From an uncultured Chloroflexia bacterium (lineage in GTDB: Bacteria; Chloroflexota; UBA6077; JACCZL01), in contig CAVXYC010000018.1 in the NCBI GenBank assembly GCA_963765765.1, positions 128,001-192,000 on the forward strand: DNA of 64,000 nucleotides, given 5' to 3'. A program made the position numbers and the translations under genes. The notes under the pieces were generated by a model. It was not told where the DNA came from and made no database searches. It worked only from the letters and a program-made list of their open reading frames with translations. How positions within the stretch are numbered: the first letter of the stretch is position 1; each line of letters starts with the position of its first letter. This document shows, one piece after another, positions 42,059 to 51,281 of the stretch.

Positions 42059-43879
42059 TCACGCCTCCAACAACCTCAAGCTGCCTCTCAACTGCGTTCC
42101 CATCCGTTGGCTCATCTTGGCCCCCTTCTCCTCGTAGTCCAGCAGCCACACATTCCGACTCACCCCGTCCAGATCCACATACGTCAGCGGCCCCGCCTGA
42201 CCGGCAATGCCCCACAACGCCGTGCTGAGCTGCGCGCTTGTCTGCGAGCTATTGCTCCCATCCAGCAGCACCATCGGCATCTGCCCGCTCCCCTCGATGA
42301 GGCAATCGAACTCCCACACGCGCTTGACGCCCGGCGCCGGCCGACAGCGCATCTCGAGCGAGAAGAACCGCAGCGGCGTGGCCCCGCCAGCAGGGCCCGT
42401 CAGGATCACTCGGAACGCGATGAGCTTGCCCGCCACCGCCGCGCCAAACGTGAACGTCGCCGTGGTGCTACTCGTCGTGCTGTTCGTGCCCAGGCTCGTC
42501 CACGCGCCGGTGTCCTCCAGGCGGTACTGCACCTGCACGCTCTGACCCGCCAGCAGCGCCGCGTGGTTGATCGTGACGCTCCGAAACACTTTCGTCACGC
42601 CCGGCAGCCGCGCATCGATCAGCCCCGTCTCCAGCGTCGCCGCCGCCTGATGGAGGTCGCTCCGAACCCTGAGCATGAACCAGTTGGTCGTACTGAGCTG
42701 GGCAATCACGTAGAGATCGCCACCAAACCACGCCAGGCTCTGCGCGCGACCATTGCCGGCCATCGCGGCCACGGCCACCGGCTCGCTCCATCCGACTGAT
42801 CCGCCTGAGGCGGAGGCCGCTCCGTCGTAGCGCTTCAGGCCCACGCCGGCCCCGTCCGAGAACGCCATCCAGAAGCCCCCGCGACCGCTTGCCGTGGCGC
42901 CCAGCGCTCCGCCCGCGTACGGGATCGTCAGTGGATGCGGGATGGGCTCAACGTCGCCATTCCGCCAGCGGTACACCACCGGGTAGGCCGATGAGCCGCG
43001 CTGGCCCACCAGGTAGCTGGCATCTCCCAGCACGCTCCCACCCAGCAGGCTCACGCCATCGATCGTCGTCGTAAACGCCCATTGCTCGGAGGCCGCGTTG
43101 TCCTTCAGGGTGTACACGCCCGTCCGCGCGCCGCTGCCCATCTGTGTCCCGCAGAACACCGCCGTTGTCCCAATCACCTGCGGCTGCACGCGACAGCTCG
43201 GCTCGTTGAGCTGGTAGCGCAAGGCGGAGAGCGTTGCCCCGTCCGTGTAATAGACTCGGCACCCGTCCGGCGCCTCACCCACCAGGTACAGGTAGGCCAC
43301 CGAGCCCCGATAGAACACGCCCATGCTGTAACACGCGGTGACCGGCGGCGGCAGCGTCACAAAGACGTCGGTGTAGGTCGCTCCATCCCATCTGGCAATG
43401 CTGCCGTTGCCCGTTTTGCCAACGTAGAGCTTGCCCTGATACTCGGCAAAGCTCGCCGCTCGACCGCCCGTGGCCAGCGTAAACGGCGCCCCCAGCGACG
43501 CCCCATCCCAGCTCACCACCGCGCCGCCGTTGGCCCCGTGGTAGTACTTGCCGAGTGCCGCGATGGATGGTCCGGGCGAGAGGTCATTGACGCCGGCGTT
43601 CACCTGGGCGGCATGCGGCCCCTGCCGAGCCGCGCCGGGCTCGGTCCATGGATCCAGGCCCGGACCAAACCGGTATCGCCCGGGCTCGTCCTCATCGTGC
43701 CGGGTGAAGCCCTCACCGCCGCTCCAATCGTCGATGAGCACAGCCATTTCGTTCCGCAGGTCCCCGTAGCCGCGATCCCCCGAAGACGTCTTCGGCGCAA
43801 ACGGGTCGGCCAACGTCCGCCGATAGCTCTGCACATCCAGCAGCAGCCCCTGCCCGGCCAGCATCACGTGATAAGTCAT
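42059..43879 (-). CDS. putative virion structural protein (beta-rich; tail nozzle/stabilization-like)
   Basis: 607 aa; DWSGGEG motif, repeated WDG/YDG strand units, LETGLIDA...KVFRSV; lies between capsid and holin genes. Confidence 0.5.
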   Translation of the reverse strand: MTYHVMLAGQGLLLDVQSYRRTLADPFAPKTSSGDRGYGDLRNEMAVLIDDWSGGEGFTRHDEDEPGRYRFGPGLDPWTEPGAARQGPHAAQVNAGVNDLSPGPSIAALGKYYHGANGGAVVSWDGASLGAPFTLATGGRAASFAEYQGKLYVGKTGNGSIARWDGATYTDVFVTLPPPVTACYSMGVFYRGSVAYLYLVGEAPDGCRVYYTDGATLSALRYQLNEPSCRVQPQVIGTTAVFCGTQMGSGARTGVYTLKDNAASEQWAFTTTIDGVSLLGGSVLGDASYLVGQRGSSAYPVVYRWRNGDVEPIPHPLTIPYAGGALGATASGRGGFWMAFSDGAGVGLKRYDGAASASGGSVGWSEPVAVAAMAGNGRAQSLAWFGGDLYVIAQLSTTNWFMLRVRSDLHQAAATLETGLIDARLPGVTKVFRSVTINHAALLAGQSVQVQYRLEDTGAWTSLGTNSTTSSTTATFTFGAAVAGKLIAFRVILTGPAGGATPLRFFSLEMRCRPAPGVKRVWEFDCLIEGSGQMPMVLLDGSNSSQTSAQLSTALWGIAGQAGPLTYVDLDGVSRNVWLLDYEEKGAKMSQRMGTQLRGSLRLLEA

Positions 43880-43884
43880 AGCGA

Positions 43885-43985
43885 GAGTGATGAGTAATGA
43901 GTCATGGTGACGAGTAGATGAGTGATGAGTCATAAGTAATGAGTGGGGAGGGATGCGTCCGCGTCCCGCTGCTGACTACTCATTC
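43885..43985. repeat. heptamer repeat tract (GTGATGA/GTAATGA/GTCATGA)
   Basis: About 8 degenerate units at the gene junction with a short complementary arm tactcattc. Confidence 0.7.
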
Positions 43986-44766
43986 CTTTCTGGGCATTTC
44001 CGAAGGCCGCCATCAGGCCGGGGTCGCGCAGGAGACTGAACTGCCAGAACGCCTCGTCCGGGCTATCCAGGATGAAGTACACCGCGCCTTCCAGGCCGGG
44101 CGTCTCCGCCAGATCGCGGCATACGCGATCGAACGGCACGCGGTTGAACTCGGTCACCAGCAGCGGCCGCTGGATGCCCGCCATCTCCAGCATCTCTCGG
44201 CAGCGTCGGTGCAGCCCCCAGCCATCCGCGTAGGCGTGCACGTCCACCACGTCATAGAGCGGAATCACCGGCTCCAGCTCACGCCAGTACTGGATGGCGC
44301 GCTCGCTGTTCTCGCCCGTCCAGCCGCTCCACGGAGCCGGCAGATGCAGGCGATCCTGCGGTCGCAGCGCGCGATAGACCTCCGCAAACGCGCTGAGCCA
44401 GGTGCGATGACGAGCGTAATCGTCGTGCCCGTTCTCCGCCGCGCCCGGCCAGTTCATCTCATTGGCCGGGATCACCTCACCGGTGCTGGACTCAAAGAAC
44501 ACCGTGGCGCGGCGAGCACATTCCACCGCCCAGGCAGCCGGGTCGCGTTGCGGAATATCGCGCGCGTAGCAGCGCAGCAGTGGCACGCTGCCGCGCGCTC
44601 GAAGTCGGGCCGCCAGCGTGCTGTGCTGGCCCAGCCCCTCCCACTCCTGTATGTCATGCGCCAGAAACAGCGTGTGCCGCGGCCGCAGCCGCGCCAACGC
44701 CCCCAGCGTCGGCCGATCATACGCCCCGGCCACATTAGGGGTTTGAATACCTAAGAGATGCTGCAT
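43930..44766 (-). CDS. putative clan GH-A glycoside hydrolase (TIM barrel)
   Basis: ANEMN (acid/base), DVVDVHAY and LLVTEFN (nucleophile) in GH-A order. Confidence 0.6.
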   Translation of the reverse strand: MQHLLGIQTPNVAGAYDRPTLGALARLRPRHTLFLAHDIQEWEGLGQHSTLAARLRARGSVPLLRCYARDIPQRDPAAWAVECARRATVFFESSTGEVIPANEMNWPGAAENGHDDYARHRTWLSAFAEVYRALRPQDRLHLPAPWSGWTGENSERAIQYWRELEPVIPLYDVVDVHAYADGWGLHRRCREMLEMAGIQRPLLVTEFNRVPFDRVCRDLAETPGLEGAVYFILDSPDEAFWQFSLLRDPGLMAAFGNAQKGMSSQQRDADASLPTHYL

Positions 44767-44781
44767 AAATCCCTTCCAGAC

Positions 44782-44878
44782 GGCCCCCTCCCCGCGCACG
44801 GGGAGGCATGGGTGGGGTCGTCCCTCGCTCGCTTATAGCTAGGAGACCCCCTCAGTCCCCCCATGCGCGGGGGGAAGG
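44782..44878. repeat. CCCCCTCCCCGCGCACGGGGAGG palindromic element
   Basis: Near-identical to the arm at ~38640-38685 within dnaE2. Confidence 0.7.
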
Positions 44879-44891
44879 CGGTTATTGAGCG

Positions 44892-45758
44892 CTAGGCGTT
44901 ATTGATTCCTTTGATTCGGGCCAGGGCGGAGTCGCGCAGGATGGCGATGCTCACGTACCAGCGGATGCGCACGCGGGTGGCGTCCTTGGTCTGGAGCTGG
45001 CCCACGTCCAGCACCTCCAGGCCGCCGTTCTGCAGACCCACCACGCCGTCACCTTCATCGAAGTGGATGGCGTAGATGCTGGAGGTGGCGTTGTCCGTGC
45101 CCTGCGTCTCCGCATCAGGCTGGAAATCGCTAATCTCCACGGGCACGCCGTCGTACAGCATGACCTGTCGACCAAACGCGTTCTCACCGCGCTCCACGTA
45201 GTGCGCGCTGGCCTGCAGCAAGCTCTTCAGCTTGCGACGCGTCCGTCGACTCATCAACAGCAGCGTGGGCTTGCCGCCCAGAATCAGGTCCATCACCTGA
45301 TCCAGCAGCGCCAGCGTCAGCGGCCCGCCGTTGGTCGCCACGCTGATCGTCTGACCCGCGGCCACCTGCTTGCGAATGCCGTCGAACGCGTTCGCATCCA
45401 CGCCGGTATCGCCGGTGATGAACGTGTCCTCAAACTTGCGGGCCACGCTCTTGGCCTTGAGCTGAGTCTGGATAGCCTGCTGATTCTGGAGACTGGAGCG
45501 CGTGCGCTGGATGAAGTTATCCACGTCCGCGTCGCCACCCAGAATCGCCAGACTGGCCGTCTTGTTGGAGAACGTGCTGGTGGCCTCCGTCCAGGTGCCA
45601 TCCACCGCGTAGAACGCCGCGCCACCCAGCACATTCTCCTGGTTGTATTTGTAAAACTGGACACAATGTGCTCGTCCTGACGTGGACCGACCGAAACGAG
45701 GCGGCCTCGAAGGGGGTCTGAGAGGCCTTGGGACAGCCTCAACGCTCTGGCAAATCAC
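44892..45758 (-). CDS. phage major capsid protein (epsilon15 gp7/BPP-1-like HK97 fold), N-terminus apparently replaced
   Basis: YKYNQE, LAILGGDADVDNFIQ, FDGIRK, SSIYAIHF, RVRIRWYVSIA...ALARIKGI. Confidence 0.8.
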   Translation of the reverse strand: MICQSVEAVPRPLRPPSRPPRFGRSTSGRAHCVQFYKYNQENVLGGAAFYAVDGTWTEATSTFSNKTASLAILGGDADVDNFIQRTRSSLQNQQAIQTQLKAKSVARKFEDTFITGDTGVDANAFDGIRKQVAAGQTISVATNGGPLTLALLDQVMDLILGGKPTLLLMSRRTRRKLKSLLQASAHYVERGENAFGRQVMLYDGVPVEISDFQPDAETQGTDNATSSIYAIHFDEGDGVVGLQNGGLEVLDVGQLQTKDATRVRIRWYVSIAILRDSALARIKGINNA

Positions 45759-45779
45759 TCCGACTCCTCACACTCTTCA

Positions 45780-45810
45780 TCACTTATAGAACTTATGTTC
45801 TATTTCTAGA
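45780..45810 (-). promoter_or_regulatory. LexA (SOS) box AGAAC-N4-GTTCT with adjacent -10-like TATAAG
   Basis: atagaacttatgttctat palindrome at 45786-45803; GAGGAG RBS and GTG start at 45758 lie ~30 bp downstream. Confidence 0.8.
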
Positions 45811-45836
45811 GTAGTCCTTAGTGGTCCCTTGATGCG

Positions 45837-46170
45837 TCATGAGGCGCACCAATCCGGGCATTCTGGCGACGGAAATAACCCCTGTCGCAGATCGGAAGTT
45901 ATGGGTAGTGAGGCGGGTGGCTGGCGCCGCGACGCTAGCGCCGGTTCTCGAGGAAGCTCGATCAAGCCGCGACGAAGAGCGACCGCGAGGGCCGCTTGCG
46001 CCGTGTGGCAACCCAGTCGCTTCATTGCGGAGCGGACGTGCGTCCGAACCGTGTGCTCGCTCAGGACGAGCTGGTCAGCGATCGCCCGTCGCGACTTGCC
46101 AAGAGCCAGGAGGCTGAGCACTTCTCGCTCACGTGGCCGCAGGTACGGCTCGTTGTTACCGGCTCGACCC
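45837..46170 (-). CDS. stand-alone LuxR-type HTH protein (start uncertain)
   Basis: LRPREREVLSLLALGKSRRAIADQLVLSEHTVRTHVRSAMKRLG. Confidence 0.7.
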
Positions 46171-46188
46171 AGAATGATTCCAGGTTCC

Positions 46189-46971
46189 TCAGGGCAACTC
46201 GAGGACGGGCTGGAAGTGCTTTTGCTCGCACCACGAGCTGCCTAAGAGCTGAGAGGTCCGCTCGTGCAGAATCTCTTCGTGAGCCCCTGCTGGCATGATG
46301 CAGAAAAGCCTGCGTGAGCCGCGACAAAACTGGACAGCCCAGACTCGATTGACATTCAGTCGTTCACGGATCTCCGCAATCCGACGGCGAGCTTGCACCT
46401 CGGCCGATGCCCTCCGGTCGACATGCTGATACACCACGAGACTTTGGCCACGCTGCAGGAACGGCAGTAGCTCATCGAAGAACGCGTATTTAGGCCCGCG
46501 CGCGCGGAACGGCCCCGTGGAACCGACCTGGAGCCCGTTATCGGGATCGACGAACACAAGCTCACACCCCTGAGTGGCCGCCATAGCGTCCTGGACCCAC
46601 GTGTGCCTATAAATCCGGCGCTCGCCAGGCACCATATCCCGAAATGAGAGTTGTTCGGCGAAGTATCGAGTCGAGCTCGGGAAGAGATTAAGCTCGTGGA
46701 TCGCAGAGACACGACGCTCTCCTCGCGTAATCAGTGTCGCGAGTCGCTCGTACAAGTCAGGGTCGCAACTCCTGAACCGAGCATTTAAGAGATTCTCACC
46801 GAGCAGGTAGGAAACATGCTTCCCGTCATCATTGTGGGACTCGTCGGGCACCAAGTACCAAACGATCCCCAAATCGAGAAAGGGCTCCGCTCGCGGCTCG
46901 ACCCCGCAGAGCCACCGAAGAAGTCCGAACTTTCCGAAGTCGCCCACGTCACCCGCGTATCGGTCCTGCAC
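46189..46971 (-). CDS. conserved hypothetical protein, possible SAM-methyltransferase-like fold
   Basis: MQDRYAGDVGDFGKFGLLR, LVFVDPDNGL, SLVVYQH. Confidence 0.6.
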   Translation of the reverse strand: MQDRYAGDVGDFGKFGLLRWLCGVEPRAEPFLDLGIVWYLVPDESHNDDGKHVSYLLGENLLNARFRSCDPDLYERLATLITRGERRVSAIHELNLFPSSTRYFAEQLSFRDMVPGERRIYRHTWVQDAMAATQGCELVFVDPDNGLQVGSTGPFRARGPKYAFFDELLPFLQRGQSLVVYQHVDRRASAEVQARRRIAEIRERLNVNRVWAVQFCRGSRRLFCIMPAGAHEEILHERTSQLLGSSWCEQKHFQPVLELP

Positions 46972-47122
46972 GAATGTTTACTCCACAACCCATCCGGCGT
47001 TTCACAAGGATCGCCCTGACTTCAGGCCGATCAGAGGTGCCGCGAGCAGCGAGCCGATTTGCTCCTGCAATGCACTTGAGGACGTAATGACGACCACGTT
47101 GTCAGACGATGGCTACAGAACA

Positions 47123-47195
47123 CCGTCCGCAGCGTCCAGAGCGTCCAGGCCACAATCCCCAGACTGGGCGCTGTGGACGGTGTGGACGCTGTGCG
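47123..47195. repeat. 9-mer repeat hairpin
   Basis: ccgtccgca gcgtccaga gcgtccag ... gctgtggac ggtgtggac gctgtg. Confidence 0.5.
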
Positions 47196-47252
47196 GGGCC
47201 CCTGTTTGGAGGACGAGTCGAAATTGTTCGCGATGGGCCTGGCGCGTTCGCC

Positions 47253-47568
47253 TTAACTTGCTGATCGCGGTGACCAGGGGGTGTCGAGATCTGCCGGCAG
47301 TGCTCGATCAGGTCGCGGCCGCATCGCGGTCGTCGAATCCACCGGCTCGAGCTCTTCGGGGATGTCGGGAGCGGCGCGCTCGAGCTGGTTGTACGCGGTC
47401 TCGACGTCAGTGCTTGACTCGGATGGAGCCCGCAGTGCGGAATCAAGTTCCACGAAGATCGCCCCCTCGTCCGTGATCCCGTCGACCGAGATAAGCGTGC
47501 CGGTCCTGTCGAGCGTGAGGATCTTCACTCGTTAGAGCCACCGACGGGGTCCAGTTACTTCGTGCCAT
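47253..47568 (-). CDS. hypothetical protein (possible frameshift ~47530)
   Basis: AAGGAGG RBS before ATG at 47568; ORF 47253-47528 continues in a shifted frame. Confidence 0.35.
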
Positions 47569-48222
47569 CGGTTCCTCCTTCTTCGCGGTTACAGGACGAG
47601 CAGGTCTGCGATGCGTCCTACCCCGACCGTCTGCATTCCGCCGCCTTCCGACCCCGAACTCGACTGTCCGGAGATCCCCCACCGTGGCTTCGCGGTTAGG
47701 CCACCCGACCCGCACCAATTGACGCCGACCGGGACAGGGATCTAGCTGCGAGCGCTAGGCGCCTCAAATACCTGTATGTACTCGAGCTCCACGTGCACCA
47801 GTGAATCAACACCACGGTACCACACCACTAAACATAATGAAAGATGTCACTATAGGGCCCCGCGGCTATGATCCCGAGTTGATGAGCAAAGCTGTGTCCC
47901 TGCCACGGGCTCGTGTCCTGCGGTGCGAGTTAGCAGGTCCACAATCGTCGCTTGATAGGGCACGCCGTGCCGCAGCACGTAGATAATGGGGCCCAGCACT
48001 CTGTCGACTGCGTCGCCAGTTGGGGCCGCCGTGGCGGTACCGGATGGCGTTGATTGCGTCTTTCGGGTCGGCGCCCGCGCAGCCCCGGTCTGCTGGACTC
48101 ATGCCTCGTCAGCATATCCTCGGGATCTACGGTTCCGGGCGGTACATTCGTTGCTGGAATGCTCGCGCACGACTATGATCGCGGTACATGCTGGAAGCCA
48201 TGCACCGGGGAACTGAGTACGG

Positions 48223-49195
48223 ATGACAGCGACCGAGAATGGCGACAAAGAGGGCTCGGCGCCTTACGATGGGTTGCCCGGAGTTACCTTGCATCAGCTT
48301 CGCATCTTCCGGGCAATCGTCAACGAGGGCGGTTTTGCGCGGGCCGCTGAGGCGCTTTTTCCTCCGAGGCCACCGTTTCGAATCAGATCAAGACGCTGGA
48401 GCAGGTTTTGCAGGCGCGTCTGTTTGAGCGGGCTCCCGGCCAACGCAAAGTCCAGCTTACGGCCGCTGGACAAATGTTCTTCCAGACGAGTACCGAGGAA
48501 TGTTTGACGTGCTCCGGCAGGGCTTTGACCGGATCACCTCGCTAACCAACGGTCAACACGCCTCGGTCAGTGTCGGCACAGCATCGTTCTTTGGCGTCCA
48601 CGTATTGCCACGACTGTGCGAGTCATTTAGGCGTGAGCATCCAAGCGTCATGGTGCGCGCCGTTTTGGAGTCCAGGCGAAGCGTTCTCGACCAGCTTCGA
48701 CACCGGCATCTGGATCTTGCCGTGGTTATCGGCGGAGTGGAGGACCCGGAGCTCGTGTGTAATTCGCTAATGCGCTTTGAGATGGTGCTCGTAGCGGCTA
48801 CCGGCCATCCGCTGGCCGGGCGACGCTCCGTATCTCTCCAGGACCTAAAAGCGGAGACGTGGATTCTCGGCGACGAGACGAGCGACCTCGCGGAAGTGGC
48901 TCGAGCAGCTTGCCGCTGAGGCCCACCTGCGATTGAACGTCGCCCTGGAAGCGAATAACGTCGACGTTCGACTGCAAGCGGTCAGAGCCCGGCCTGGGCA
49001 TCGCCCCACTTGGTCACTCCGCGGTGATCAAGGCCGTTGAGTCCGGAGAGCTCGAGCTTCTGAACGCCGAGAATTTTCCCTTCTACGAGGAATGGTGCTC
49101 TGGTTTCTTCGCGAGACCCACTGTCCCCAACAGCACAAACTTTCAAAGAGCACATCTTGCACCATTGCAACGATGAGCGGTCCGTCAGGCCCTGA
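48223..49195 (+). CDS. LysR family transcriptional regulator (multiple frameshifts)
   Basis: TLHQLRIFRAIVNEGGFARAAEAL; VSNQIKTLE; LDLAVV; HPLAGRRSVSLQDL. Confidence 0.85.
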
Positions 49196-49339
49196 ATTAC
49201 TTCATCGACCGGAAGCAATGCGTGGACATCGCGCTGCAAGGACAGCGTGAGAGACAGGATCTCCATGGCGCCCGGAAAGTCCGGCCTACGACGCCGTCAC
49301 ACCCAACGCCCACCCGCTCGATCTTGATAAGGCCCGTTC

Positions 49340-51056
49340 ACTACTCCAGCAGGCGGGAGTTCCCAACATCGATTTGACTTCGTCTATAACGTAGATCCGA
49401 CATCGGTCAGTTTGCCCAGATTTACCAGCAAAATCTCGCCAGCATCGGGGTCAAGATGCATATCGTGCCGCTCGAGAGCGCGTCGGTTGCGGCCGCGGCG
49501 CAGGGGCGCACGTACAGTGGGATCTACGGCGGCTCGAATCTTCAGCACCCAATTCTCGGAGCCCAGCACGGTCCTGCAGCGCAGCGTATCTTGTGGTCCC
49601 GCAGAACAACCGATCGGGATTCAAAGACGATCGCTATAACGCTCTGGTGGACCAGCTAGCCACTGAGCCTAATCTCGCGAAGCAAAAAGAGCCTGTGTCC
49701 TATCGCAAACGCCATGATCCGCGATGAGGCGTTCACCTGCGCCGTGGCAGTTGCGCAAACTATCTAATGACGCAACCAAAGGTCCACGACCCCACCTGGG
49801 GGTGCGGTGTGAACTCGAGATTGAAGCTCACCGATACGTGGGTGAGCTAGCCATCGGCTCCCGGCGGCCGGCCCTAGCCCGAGCCCATCTGTGACTCGCT
49901 TTATCGTTCATCGCTTCTGGCAGGCCTCCTGTCGCTGTTCAACTCGAGCGTGGGCGTCTTCTTGCTCCTGCGACTGCTTCGGGTGATCCACGCTGATGCT
50001 GGCCGGCACGGAAGCGTCAAGTCCCGAGGCCGTGACGGCAAATACGCCGCGACCTGGGACTGGAGGAGCCATTGCCCGTCCAGTCTGGGCTCTGGTTGAG
50101 CCGCGTCCTGCGAGGCGATCTCGGGACATCCGCGCAGAGCAATTTCCCGGTGTCGCGCCTGATCATTGAGCGTGCGCCCGCTACCATGGAGCTCACCTTC
50201 CCGGGCTTCATCCTGTCTGCCCTGATCGGCCTGGCGCTCGGAATCAAGGCGGTGGTCAAACAGCACAGCGCCATCGACTGGGCCATCCCTACGTTCATGG
50301 GATTCGCAATCGCAACCCCGAAGTTTTGGCTGGGCATTCTCTGCATCATGCTCTTTGCGCTGGTGTTGGGGTGGCTCCCGGCGGGCGGCCACGGTGACTT
50401 CACTCGTGATCCGGTGCAGGCGCTCAAGTTGCTGTTGCTGCCAGCCGCCTGCCTGGCGCTCCATCCTGGGGTGGGGTTGTCGAGCTTGGTAAAAGCTTCC
50501 ATGCTAGAAGTGCTCTATGAGGACTACATTCGTACCGTCCGTGCAAAGGGTGTGGCCAATGGTAGCGTTATTCTGGGCCACATGCTACGCCTCGCTCCGT
50601 CTCAATCATTACGGCGCTTGGTCCCGAGTTCGGTCGGGTATTGGGCGGAACTGTGATCATTGAGAACGTCTTGATTAGGCCCGGGGATGGGCACGTCGAT
50701 GGTTCACGCCATCCGCAACCGCGACTATGTGGAGGCCGCTCGCGCGATTGGCGCGTCAAGTGCCCGCATCATGTGGCTCCACGTGCTGCCGAACGCCGTG
50801 GCCCTGTTCTGACCCAGTTGAGCCTCGTCATGGGGTTCGCCGTACTGGCCGAATCAGAGCTTTCCTTTCTGGGGCTAGGAACACATCCGCCGGACCCAGC
50901 CTGGGATCCCATGCTCAATGAAAGCCGCAACCACATCCGACAGGCACCGTCGTTCGGGATATGGCCTGCCTGGCGCTGGCTCTCCTGCCGCTTGGTCTGA
51001 ACTACTTCTCGGACGCGCTGCGAGATGCTCTCGATCCGCAGCGCGTGAACGGCTAG
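49340..51056 (+). pseudogene. decayed Dpp/Opp ABC operon (SBP C-terminal fragment, DppB, DppC fragment)
   Basis: AQIYQQNLASIGVK; GDLGTS, PKFWLG, SMLEVLYEDYIRTVRAKG; DYVEAARAIG, AESELSFLGLG, with large deletions. Confidence 0.65.
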
Positions 51057-51281
51057 GAGTCAATGAGGCTACTGCTACTCGGTGCGGCCGGGCAATGATC
51101 ACCGGCCCGCAACAATTACTTCGGAATTTGGCTATTGCCCAGGGCCAACGCCGCTGGTAGTTTGGACCCACGGGCGCGGACCGTCCGCGGAAGCAGTCGA
51201 ACCCCGGCGGTACAGCCACGTGGCCACGCGACGTACTGCGTAGGAGTACGGTCGCATCTTCAAATGCATGAGGAGTCATTC

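Noticed and set aside
36675-43985. Short repeats as a CRISPR array
   Set aside because: They are tandem 7-mers without unique spacers, and there are no cas genes.
42059-45758. Intact prophage or encapsulin call
   Set aside because: No integrase, terminase, portal or replication genes; capsid motifs match the epsilon15-like family rather than the encapsulin families I recognise.
47847-47857. TCACTATAGGG resembling the T7 promoter or vector contamination
   Set aside because: Only the 3' 11 nt match and there is no other vector sequence.
47900-48180. Possible IS110 transposase C-terminal remnant (IIYVLRHGVPYQ, minus strand)
   Set aside because: A single weak motif with no supportable ORF.
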